From Deltaproteobacteria bacterium (GTDB lineage Bacteria > Desulfobacterota > Desulfobacteria > Desulfobacterales > C00003060), in assembly GCA_003647275.1 (NCBI GenBank), contig QMMN01000007.1, positions 6,830 to 70,829 on the forward strand: 64,000 bases of DNA, written 5' to 3'. Each line of letters begins with the position of its first letter. The stretch's first letter is position 1. The notes under the pieces were generated by a model. That model was not told the DNA's origin, made no database searches, and was given only the letters and a program-made list of their open reading frames with translations. Of this stretch, positions 41,601-49,104 are shown one piece after another. Made by a program: the position numbers and the translations under genes.

Positions 41601-42476
41601 GCAAATCACTTTTGTATCCTGGCGTTCGGTAAGCTTGGAGGCTCTGAACTCAATTACAGTTCAGATATTGACCTCCTGGGAATTTATGATGCCCCTGCCA
41701 CGTCTCTGGGGTCCAATGCTCACACCTTTTTGCAAAAGCGCTTCGCCCGGGTCATGGAAAGCGTACGAGCAGACCTTTCGATGCATACAGACGAGGGGTA
41801 TGCATATCGCGTGGACCTGCGACTCAGGCCATATGGTGGAGCGGGCGAACTCGTCCCCTCTGTTTCAGCACTCATAGATTATTATCGAAACGTGGCATCC
41901 CTCTGGGAAATTCAGGCAGCCCTTAAGATTCGGCCGGTGGCAGGCCACCTACAAATAGGTGACCATTTCCTTGAGAAGATCCGCCCTGTTCTTTTGCAAC
42001 GTCGCAAACGCGAGGCCATTGTCCATGCCATTGAAAAAATGCGCAAAGCGGCCATCAAAACCTGTTCTCGTCGCAATAGGCCCATCAGGGATGTGAAAAG
42101 CGGCATGGGTGGTTTGCGCGACGTGGAATTCCTGGTTCAAGGGCTGCAGCTCATCCATGGACCAGACCATCCCGGGTTGCTGGAGAGAAATACCCTGAAC
42201 GCCCTGGAGGGACTCCAAAAGACAGACATTCTACCTGAACCAGTGGCAGCGCAACTCAGGGAAGACTACGTGTTCTTGCGACGAGTCGAACACTATCTTC
42301 AAATTCTAGAAGATCGTCAAATACATGCCCTGCCAAAAGACCCTGATGAGCTGACCGCACTGGCCAAAAGGGTCCTTGGCGCTGAAGGGAATGCAAGCCA
42401 TTTCATGGAACAACTGGAGGGATGTCTGAAGCGCATACGGGCCGCCTATATCTCGTACCTGGTGGAAAGCAAGTGA
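38670..42476 (+). CDS. glnE: Glutamine synthetase adenylyltransferase/adenylyl-removing enzyme with an N-terminal tandem ACT-like extension
   Basis: Two nucleotidyltransferase halves (GKMGGAALGYASDIELLFVY and GKLGGSELNYSSDIDLLGIY). The first ~330 aa hold two ACT-like segments (NCTVLAFDYPYLFSLITGVLAGMGFNIVSGDVFTY and YTRLKIVSEDTPAFLYTLTNALSLQGISIEHVSIRTIHGRVEDEIEV). The start is uncertain: TTG 38619 or ATG 38670. Confidence 0.85.
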   Translation: MKPTLDMLKAACPEVDQRLLNAHLSRLSNRYFDRFATHQVCEHMKGLSRISTEHPVEVLLDAKGDGNVNCTVLAFDYPYLFSLITGVLAGMGFNIVSGDVFTYERALDKPLIDVCRRKLTSRRTVQDPLKRRRIIDFFSGQLETSRAPETWSDDLKKNMEDVISLLERGDSESVTDAKHRVNEMVVKRLADLHMDSHPVLFPVQIEFDNESGPYTRLKIVSEDTPAFLYTLTNALSLQGISIEHVSIRTIHGRVEDEIEVVDVRGKKIEDPNVLSRVKLSVLLTKQFTYFLGKAPDPYVALHRFEQLVGDVLRLPERGQWMDLLSNPHALQDLARLLGTSDFLWEDFIRLQYETLLPMLKPFLEGHRFSEPVDQLSQRLRNAIKGINKLEEQRRRLNEFKDREIFLIDLDHILNPETDFRVLARRLTVLAENVVNMAAELAYAHLVKRFGRPRTAADLEATFAILGLGKMGGAALGYASDIELLFVYSDNGSTDGEESIENAEFFDRLVRNTTQFIQAKREGIFNVDLRLRPYGNNGPLACSLENFCRYYGPEGSAHSYERLALVRLRAIGGDKNLAARVERIRDQMIYASRNINLKELRELRNKQFKEKTEAGKLNAKFSPGGLVDLEYAVQVLQVMYGKDVPQLRTPRIHEALTALTVAGVLSPVETEQLTAAYGFLRRLINGMRMLRGSAKDLFLPPIDSDEFAHLARRMEYKGGGALDPTGQLHMDVETHMATVRAFVERHFGRDSLPGSATGTVADLVLSDRVPHDLRHQILSGAGFKNPARAYVNLRALAGDESRRQTFARLALLAFDILLRTPDPDMALNNWERYIRALPSPEFHYNILLSQPMRLEILLSVLSGSQFLADTLVRNPGFLDWVTIPKNLHQIQGRKNLEDELRMASEGCNSHKVWLNKLRRFRRREMLRIGTRDIYLGVSTEDVMLELSTLAEALTQVVLERVWATLKEEQETAQEVEAIANHFCILAFGKLGGSELNYSSDIDLLGIYDAPATSLGSNAHTFLQKRFARVMESVRADLSMHTDEGYAYRVDLRLRPYGGAGELVPSVSALIDYYRNVASLWEIQAALKIRPVAGHLQIGDHFLEKIRPVLLQRRKREAIVHAIEKMRKAAIKTCSRRNRPIRDVKSGMGGLRDVEFLVQGLQLIHGPDHPGLLERNTLNALEGLQKTDILPEPVAAQLREDYVFLRRVEHYLQILEDRQIHALPKDPDELTALAKRVLGAEGNASHFMEQLEGCLKRIRAAYISYLVESK

Positions 42477-42513
42477 TCTCCCTTCAGGGCAGGAGAGGAT
42501 TCACACTTCTTCT

Positions 42514-44265
42514 TTACTGTAAAGGGAGACGCAGGATAAAAGTTGTGCCTTTTCTTAATTCGCTCTGGCATTCAATAGTCCCGCGATGAGCCTCTACAAT
42601 GGTCTTGACGATCGACAACCCGAGGCCAGTACCCTTTTTGCCTTTGGTTGTAAAGAACGGGTCGAATATCTGTTCTAAGATATCCGGCCCGATCCCAGGT
42701 CCTGTATCTTCTATCCTGACCACAAGGTGCTCTCCCTCAATCCTTCCTTCAATACTGATGTTTCCTGAATCAGTCATCGCCTCCAGGCTGTTTTTGACCA
42801 AGTTATTCAAGACCTGGTACATAAGGCGGGGGTCTACATTGACGGGGGGCAAGTCAGCGGGCCAGTTGAGTTCAAGGTGGATTCCTCTTTTTTCAGTATC
42901 AGGCTGATGGATCAATAAGACCTCTCGAATCATTGCATCGATTGATCTCCTTTCTAAGCGCAGTTCCGGTTTTTTGGCAAATTGCAAGAAATTGTGGATA
43001 AACTCCCTGACCCGCGCTGATTCCTTTTCCAGTATCTTCAGTGCATTTTTCCCCGTCGGGCTGAGAGCTTCGCCCTTCAGAGTAGCCTGGATCATTCCTA
43101 CATTGTTGAGAAGGTTGCCCACCTCATGGGTTACCTTGCTGGAGGTCGTGCCAAGGACGGCTAAGTTCTTGGCGTGGGCAAGTTCCCTGGCTGTCTCTAC
43201 TTCCCGCCTTATAAATTTCTTAAGCGAAGCTGTCATCTCATTAAAGGCCAGACCTAGATCGCCAATCTCGTCCTGCGAGTCAACAGACACCTTCTGATCT
43301 AAGTCGCCCTGGCCTATTCGTTGAACCTGGCGATGCAGGTTGTGAATCGGAGTTAAGAAGCGTTTTACCCAATTCCACCCGAGGAGGATAGCTGCAAGGC
43401 AGATTAAACAGGTTATAAAGGCTGCCCGATAAATATTCTGGTATAGATATGCATAGATCTCCGGATAGGTCTGACTCAAGACAATAACCCAATCAAAGCC
43501 CGGGATATAGTAGCCCAAACAGTAGAACTTGGTTTCGTCCCTTTCTTCGATCCATTCGATCGGCGTATCTGATTCTCGGAGTTCTTTGAGTATGTCCGGT
43601 TTTTTTGCCGGAGGGGTTGTTACGACCCGGTCAATCTTCCGGTGTGCGATAAATCGTCCCGATAGATCCATGATATACACCTGACCCGTGTGACCTATAG
43701 CAATTCCCTCCAGTACATCCCAGACAGACTTGAGGTTTAATTCGCCCCAGAGGACCTCTTTTACCTCGCCTAAGCGTAATACAGGGACGGCTATATGAAT
43801 GTAAGGGATATTCTCTTTGGTCAGCATGACACCAGAAATGGCGTTTTGGCCCATAAGGACTTTCTTAAAGATCTCGCTTTGACTAAAGGTAATGTCATCC
43901 CCTTCCCGACCGGTAGATACGATCTCGTTTCCTTCTATGGAAATCAAAGAAACAGACATAAATTCAACAGCCATATGATTGAAAGCTGTCAGGGCCATCT
44001 CTTTTTGCCACCGATCCAGTTTGGTGGCAGCCATCACCAAGGCAAGGCCTTCCAAACCCTTTTGGGCATGTTCCATGTAAAGGCGAATCTCGCCGGCCGA
44101 GCTTTTGATGATATTTCTGTAATCCTGGTTTATCGTTTTCAGGAAATAATTATAGCTTGTCCAGGAAAGGATCACGCTGGTAATGATTATAGATAGGATC
44201 AGGAGGGGGAGGATAAAAAGGAGGAACTTATAGATTAATTTTGTCTTTTTGATTCTATTCATCAA
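42514..44265 (-). CDS. Sensor histidine kinase (TM, large extracytoplasmic sensor domain, TM, HAMP, HisKA, HATPase)
   Basis: Two hydrophobic segments flank about 240 aa (a Cache-like position, not verified). HAMP-like LHRQVQRIGQGDLDQKV, H-box VTHEVGNLLNN, N-box NLVKNSLEAM, G-boxes EDTGPGI and GTGLGLSIV. Confidence 0.85.
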   Translation of the reverse strand: MMNRIKKTKLIYKFLLFILPLLILSIIITSVILSWTSYNYFLKTINQDYRNIIKSSAGEIRLYMEHAQKGLEGLALVMAATKLDRWQKEMALTAFNHMAVEFMSVSLISIEGNEIVSTGREGDDITFSQSEIFKKVLMGQNAISGVMLTKENIPYIHIAVPVLRLGEVKEVLWGELNLKSVWDVLEGIAIGHTGQVYIMDLSGRFIAHRKIDRVVTTPPAKKPDILKELRESDTPIEWIEERDETKFYCLGYYIPGFDWVIVLSQTYPEIYAYLYQNIYRAAFITCLICLAAILLGWNWVKRFLTPIHNLHRQVQRIGQGDLDQKVSVDSQDEIGDLGLAFNEMTASLKKFIRREVETARELAHAKNLAVLGTTSSKVTHEVGNLLNNVGMIQATLKGEALSPTGKNALKILEKESARVREFIHNFLQFAKKPELRLERRSIDAMIREVLLIHQPDTEKRGIHLELNWPADLPPVNVDPRLMYQVLNNLVKNSLEAMTDSGNISIEGRIEGEHLVVRIEDTGPGIGPDILEQIFDPFFTTKGKKGTGLGLSIVKTIVEAHRGTIECQSELRKGTTFILRLPLQ

Positions 44266-44430
44266 CGACCGAACCTGGACAAGCTGGAATTAAACAAGCG
44301 AAGGGACTCATCACGCCCCCCCTCAAGGCGGACGCCATAAAACACGAAAGAAACAGGAATGGCGAGGCTACTGGCAGGTACGTATAAAAGATCCTTTACT
44401 CATTGTAAAGAATATTTAAAGGGGTAAGAT

Positions 44431-44483
44431 ATGAACTGCAACAGCGAGCGCATTCCCCGCAGCTTGCTCCAGGGGGCTTCAAT
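44431..44483 (+). repeat. 53-nt interspersed repeat, copy 3 of 3
   Basis: ATGAACTGCAACAGCGAGCGCATTCCCCGCAGCTTGCTCCAGGGGGCTTCAAT lies in the MFS-to-kinase spacer. Confidence 0.7.
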
Positions 44484-44489
44484 GAATAA

Positions 44490-45668
44490 TTATCTCTTTG
44501 CCAGAAGGGATGCCGAAACCATAATAAAAGAGCCGGTCAATAGAAGGGATTGGGGGCCCCATATCTTTAATACGAGGGCGCTGCTTAATATGGTCCCTAA
44601 ATAACATGCGCCTCTGTAAGTTGATAACAATGATATGGTTTTCCCTATATGGGTCCTCGGGCTGTTTTGCTGGATGAGGCTTTCCAAAAAGATATGTATT
44701 AAGGTAAAGCCGCAACCAAACAGGATCATCAGCAAGGCAACCTGGATGTAGGTCGTGAGTTGACCAAGGATGGCCATGGCGCCCCCGAGGATCAAAAAGG
44801 TGAAGGAGAGGATGGTTTGCTGCCTGAAGGTTGATGAACATCTGGGCAACAGGAAGGTAGCCAGGCAGGAACCAGCCTGAAATCCAGACATGATCAATCC
44901 CCAATCAGCAATATTCCTCCCAAAATGTATCTTAAAAAAAATGGGAAGACCAAGATTTAACACCCCGCCTCCCAGGAGGACAAACCCGAAGATCATAAAA
45001 TAGGCCTTGAGGTCATGATTGTCTGTAAATGGCTCTCTGTACTTAAAAAGCAAAGGCCTTAGACCTTTACCTCGCCTCAGACAATGGGTCGATTGTTCAG
45101 CGATCTGACCAAATTTCGGAAGTCCGTAAATGGCGCACACCGAGAGTGTGAAAAGAAGCCCGGCCAGCCCTAAAGCGACCCCCTGACCTGTTTTCAGGAC
45201 AATCCATCCGATGAGCCATGGACCGAATATCCGCCCTACAAGAGATACCCTTTCATTAAGTGAGTTAAAAGAGATAAGCTCATCTTTGGGTATCAACATG
45301 GGGGTCAGGGAAAGTCGCCCGATATGGAAAAAGAGAGAACCAATCATAAAGCAAAGATAGGCAGGAAAGATGACCCAGAGGGATGCTTTAAAGACAAGGA
45401 TCCCGACCAAAAGGCATTTGCTTAGATTGACGATGATGAGCCACCTTCTTCCCCCGACCCGATCAATCCAGAAGCCCGCAAAAGGGCTCAGGAAGATAGA
45501 AGGTGCCTGCTCAATGACGCACATCACCAGGAGATTGGATAAGGCACGCTCACCCTTAAAAATCAGCAAGTCGAGCAGGGTTAATTGGACGAACTGGTTT
45601 CCCAGATCTGACAGAAGATCAGCCGATATGATCAGGTACTTGGGGTGAATCCGGTCAATCCCTTTCAC
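44490..45668 (-). CDS. MFS transporter (putative exporter of the adjacent peptide locus)
   Basis: 392 aa, hydrophobic throughout with about 11-12 predicted helices. Its GTG start overlaps the corrected rSAM stop as GTGA. Confidence 0.75.
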   Translation of the reverse strand: MKGIDRIHPKYLIISADLLSDLGNQFVQLTLLDLLIFKGERALSNLLVMCVIEQAPSIFLSPFAGFWIDRVGGRRWLIIVNLSKCLLVGILVFKASLWVIFPAYLCFMIGSLFFHIGRLSLTPMLIPKDELISFNSLNERVSLVGRIFGPWLIGWIVLKTGQGVALGLAGLLFTLSVCAIYGLPKFGQIAEQSTHCLRRGKGLRPLLFKYREPFTDNHDLKAYFMIFGFVLLGGGVLNLGLPIFFKIHFGRNIADWGLIMSGFQAGSCLATFLLPRCSSTFRQQTILSFTFLILGGAMAILGQLTTYIQVALLMILFGCGFTLIHIFLESLIQQNSPRTHIGKTISLLSTYRGACYLGTILSSALVLKIWGPQSLLLTGSFIMVSASLLAKR

Positions 45669-46980
45669 GCTGCTTTTTTCAGGCGGATATTCTCTCCCTG
45701 AGACAAAACCGCAGAGGCCCTCTGTCTGATGTAATCTTCAAGAAAAAAACGATAGGTATTGTAATGACAATCGACCCCGTTAAAATCCTTCTCATGAACC
45801 AGGGCCTGCATGCGGCACCCCCCATGCAGATGGGCAGAATGGGGCATTTGTTGAGACATCTGTCCGGTAATCTTCGCTTCAGTAGTTGGGATTCTGAGAC
45901 AAAGTCGATCCCTTTGGTGACGTGTCCATAGGCCATTTCCCCACCTTGAAGGGATGGGCATGGGATAATCGAGCCATCTGTGTCAAAGACAAACCGGGCT
46001 CGAAAATCAGCCATACAGGTGTTGGAGGGGGCCTCACGATCCTGCAGATAGCCCCGTTTTTCAGCCTCCTGCATCAGGTATTGAAGTATTTTAGGATCGC
46101 CCATCCCGGAATCATAGGGGCTTTCTCCTCTTCTGGCCAGGATGGGGGTGAAGGTGATGTTTTCAATAGCAATATGGCGCTCGCCCATATCATCCAGCAT
46201 CTCTGGAATGCTCAGAAAATCAAGTGCCCCGCTGTCGTATTGACATTCAATGTTGATGGGAATCAGACCGGAAACAGCCTGTAGATTCTCCATGATCAGG
46301 TCATAGGTCTTCCCATTATTCTTGGAGGGCCGCAAAAAATCGTGAACAGGGGCCGGCCCGGCCAGGCTGACCCGAATGCCTGTGAGTCCTACCTCTTTCA
46401 TGCCCGAGATCATGGATGGCCTGAGGAGCGTGCCGTTGGTGGTAATGGTAAAGCCATATTCGATCCCCCTGCCCAGGCAGTAATAAAACCGCCTGGCAGC
46501 ACTTTCTAAGATGATCTCAGAATTAAGGAGCGGCTCACCCCCAAGGTAGTCGTCTTCAACCCTCTGAGGGTTCTTTTCCTGGATGATCTCAATGTAGAAC
46601 CGGTCCATGGCCCGGGCTGTGTCAGGGGACATCTCCCTGGCTTCAGGGTCCAGGATGCAGTAGCGACATCGATTATTACATTTCCGGGTGACCAGGACCT
46701 TGGATCTTAATGTGCTGAAGTCATGGACGTATTGTTGCTTCCAGTTCTCAAACACAATGGTTTCGTCCACGCCCTCCTTGACCAGGAATCCCTGGTCACA
46801 GAGCATATCGATGGCAGCCGGATCGGCTGGTGCGACGGGATCGCTCAGGATATAAGACCAGGTCTTTTCAGGGATCAGGATAAAGGCCCCTGTCATGGTC
46901 TGATAGAGGGCGATGAGCGCTTCTCGGCTGTTTTCAACAGCAATATCCACCGTGAATCTGGATTTCTTAAAAAAAGCCAT
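45665..46980 (-). CDS. Radical SAM/SPASM peptide-maturase-like enzyme, interrupted by an apparent 1-nt frameshift in a G6 run (ORF-track pieces 45679-46980 and 45665-45961)
   Basis: CNNRCRYC (CxxxCxxC) at aa 101-108, after a ~100-aa N-terminal extension (RRE-like position). CX13GX4C (CMADFRARFVFDTDGSIIPC). After a frame shift at the C-run 45818-45823, the C-terminus reads CLNKCPILPICMGGCRMQALVHEKDFNGVDCHYNTYRFFLEDY, which completes the SPASM cysteine pattern. Confidence 0.8.
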
Positions 46981-46995
46981 GATGTGATCTCCTTT

Positions 46996-47035
46996 AAAAA
47001 CGGCCCCCCGGGCAAACCAGGTCTGCCCGGGGGCC
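46996..47035 (-). terminator. Intrinsic terminator/attenuator hairpin between the precursor peptide and the rSAM gene
   Basis: The minus strand reads GGCCCCCGGGCA-gacctggtt-TGCCCGGGGGGCC (12 bp, one bulged G), followed by GTTTTT and then the rSAM RBS AAAGGAG. Confidence 0.55.
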
Positions 47036-47051
47036 TAAAATAGTCGTCGGG

Positions 47052-47141
47052 TTAGTTGCGGGAGCTTGGAGCATTTCCACAGCACATGAGTCCTGACTTT
47101 TTGACCCTGTATGTGCCCTTGTTGATCACAATCAGTTTCAT
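47052..47141 (-). CDS. Putative RiPP precursor peptide, 29 aa: MKLIVINKGTYRVKKSGLMCCGNAPSSRN
   Basis: Absent from the ORF track because it is below the size cutoff. ATG at 47141 is preceded by AAGGAGG with a 9-nt spacer, and TAA is at 47052-47054. It lies 71 nt upstream of, and co-oriented with, the rSAM/SPASM gene. The C-terminal half contains a Cys-Cys pair. Confidence 0.6.
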   Translation of the reverse strand: MKLIVINKGTYRVKKSGLMCCGNAPSSRN

Positions 47142-47402
47142 GATCGCACCCCTCCTTTCTTGAGTGATTTCAGTCATAACATTAGCCAATGCGCGCCTGG
47201 CTGGTGTTTTTTCATTATCAGGATGTGTGCCATGATTTGAGATCTGTGAGGGGATTGTCTATCTCATTGTTATTGTAAGGAAAGAGGATATGGATCAAGG
47301 GATGAAGAGGGCTTTTGAAAGAGTAAGGGTTTGAACTTTTTGAGGGTGAGTTTGAACAGCGTGGATATAAGTGTTAACTTGGCGCGTCCTTGAAACTGTG
47401 AG

Positions 47403-47470
47403 GCCTCCCCGTGCTTCCGCACGGAGGGTTCTGCCTGACGGCAGCGCTTCGCGTCCGGGGAGCAAGCCGG
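47403..47470. repeat. GC-rich multi-hairpin (cloverleaf-like) repeat, copy 2
   Basis: It has the same outer helix CTCCCCG/CGGGGAG and the identical segment TTCTGCCTGACGGCAGCGCTTCGCGTCCGGGGAGCA. The first hairpin is GTGC-ttcc-GCAC instead of GCCC-tccc-GGGC. Confidence 0.7.
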
Positions 47471-47526
47471 GTCAAACCAATCCTCAAGCAAACCGGTCCT
47501 CAAGCCCGCCAAAGGCGGACGCGCCT

Positions 47527-49101
47527 CTAACCCGATTTAAGCGAGGCATATCTGAGGCGGTAGATCCCTTCGTGGGTGAGAGAAAACGGGAAAGGCAATT
47601 TAAACCGTTTGGACATCACATCAATGGCTGTTTTATGAAACAAAAACGTGCCAGGCTGAAGCGCTTGGATCCGGGCATCGATCTTATAAAAAAGCGCTTT
47701 TTGCTTGAATGGGTCTTTTTCATCAAGGGCCTGACAGATCAGGCGGGTCACCTCAGGATCTTCAAATGAACCAGCCTCAGACCTTTTGGGGCGATCAAAA
47801 GACCATGACTGTTTCAAGAATTCAGGATCCCGGTAAACGCCTCTCAACTCTGTTAGCACGGCCTGAAACTGATTGTTTCTATAGTATCTTCTTTTAAGCT
47901 CCTCAAAAGGAACGGATTGCAGGCGCACCTTGATCCCGAGATCATTCAGGCAAATCTGCAGGTATTGGGCGACCTTTTTTTCAATCTGGCTCTCTTTAAA
48001 GACAAGGATAGTAAATTCAAACCCCTTTCCACCCTTTTCAAGATAGCGGCCCTCATGATCATAAGACCAGCCTGCTTGTTTCAGGAGCGCCAGTCCCTTT
48101 TTGGGGTTGTATGGTATGGGTTGGACCTCGGGGTTGTGATAAGGGGAGTCCACCCCCATGGGGCCGACTGCAATCCTCCCAAAGCCCCTTAAGATCTTCT
48201 TTACGATGTATGCCCTGTCAATGGCATAAGAAAAGGCGAGTCGAACCCTTGGATCAGAAAAAAGGGGATCGGTTGTATTGTAGAGGAGGATCGTGTACCA
48301 ACGCAGAGGGTAGAGATCAAAATAGTATCTTTTTCCATACTGCTTCATCATCTCATAGTTTTTGGGGGAAATCTCCTGTGCAATATCTGTCTCCCCTGAA
48401 AGGACCCTTGTCCATGACTTTTCTTTGTCCGGCTGAAAATAGAAGACAACTCGATCTATGGAAGGGCGGCCATGAAAATAATCTTTATTCGCCTCAAGGC
48501 AGACTTCCTTTTCTCCTTTTCTGTATTTGAATCTAAACGGGCCAGAGCCAATGGGGTGATTGTAATAATCGATCTTATCTTCATGGGGTTGAGGAAGAAT
48601 CTCCATGTCCCAGATCTTTTGAAGAAATTCAGGATCGTTTCTCTTAAGACCAATACAAATAACCGTATCTGACAAAGGAAAGATCCGGTCTATTAGAGAA
48701 AACAAAGCAGGGCGATTGTTCTTTAGCACCCCCTCCAATGCATACTGGACATCCCTTGAAGTCACAGGGTGTTTGTTGTGGAACAGGGCGTCTTTTCTGA
48801 GATGGATCGTCCAGGTAAAACTCTCGGAATCATAGGTCCATTTGAGGGCCAGATCCGGTTCGAGTTCTCCGTTGGCATTTGGGACAAAAAGATAACTGTA
48901 CAACAAAGGGAAGATATGGTTTGAACCGGAGGCATAAACATATGTGGGATTCAAAGAGGTAAAAGGGGCGCTCACATCATAGCGAAGGACATTTTCATTT
49001 TTGTTTTTTTCCCTGGCAGGAGGGGTGCCAGGTTGTTCACAGGAAAGAATAAAACCGGTAAAGAAAATAAATACTAGGATTGAACTCAGATATCGAAGCA
49101 T
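47527..49101 (-). CDS. ABC-type family-5 (peptide/nickel/opine, OppA/DppA-like) substrate-binding lipoprotein, with no adjacent permease or ATPase
   Basis: 524 aa. Signal peptide with a possible lipobox (FILSC) and family-5-like blocks (LRYDVSAPFTSLNP, GSGPFRFK). No cognate membrane components lie nearby. Confidence 0.8.
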   Translation of the reverse strand: MLRYLSSILVFIFFTGFILSCEQPGTPPAREKNKNENVLRYDVSAPFTSLNPTYVYASGSNHIFPLLYSYLFVPNANGELEPDLALKWTYDSESFTWTIHLRKDALFHNKHPVTSRDVQYALEGVLKNNRPALFSLIDRIFPLSDTVICIGLKRNDPEFLQKIWDMEILPQPHEDKIDYYNHPIGSGPFRFKYRKGEKEVCLEANKDYFHGRPSIDRVVFYFQPDKEKSWTRVLSGETDIAQEISPKNYEMMKQYGKRYYFDLYPLRWYTILLYNTTDPLFSDPRVRLAFSYAIDRAYIVKKILRGFGRIAVGPMGVDSPYHNPEVQPIPYNPKKGLALLKQAGWSYDHEGRYLEKGGKGFEFTILVFKESQIEKKVAQYLQICLNDLGIKVRLQSVPFEELKRRYYRNNQFQAVLTELRGVYRDPEFLKQSWSFDRPKRSEAGSFEDPEVTRLICQALDEKDPFKQKALFYKIDARIQALQPGTFLFHKTAIDVMSKRFKLPFPFSLTHEGIYRLRYASLKSG

Positions 49102-49104
49102 TTA

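Noticed and set aside
47218-47232. Sigma-54-like motif TGGCACACATCCTGA about 75 nt upstream of the precursor peptide (minus strand)
   Set aside because: The -24 half is perfect, but the -12 position reads GA rather than the near-invariant GC. It might still be functional, but I cannot support it from sequence alone.
47270-47512. 80-aa minus-strand ORF upstream of the precursor peptide
   Set aside because: It spans the interspersed repeat and low-complexity sequence, has no RBS, and its amino-acid sequence mirrors the repeat-derived pseudo-peptide seen at 18794-18913.
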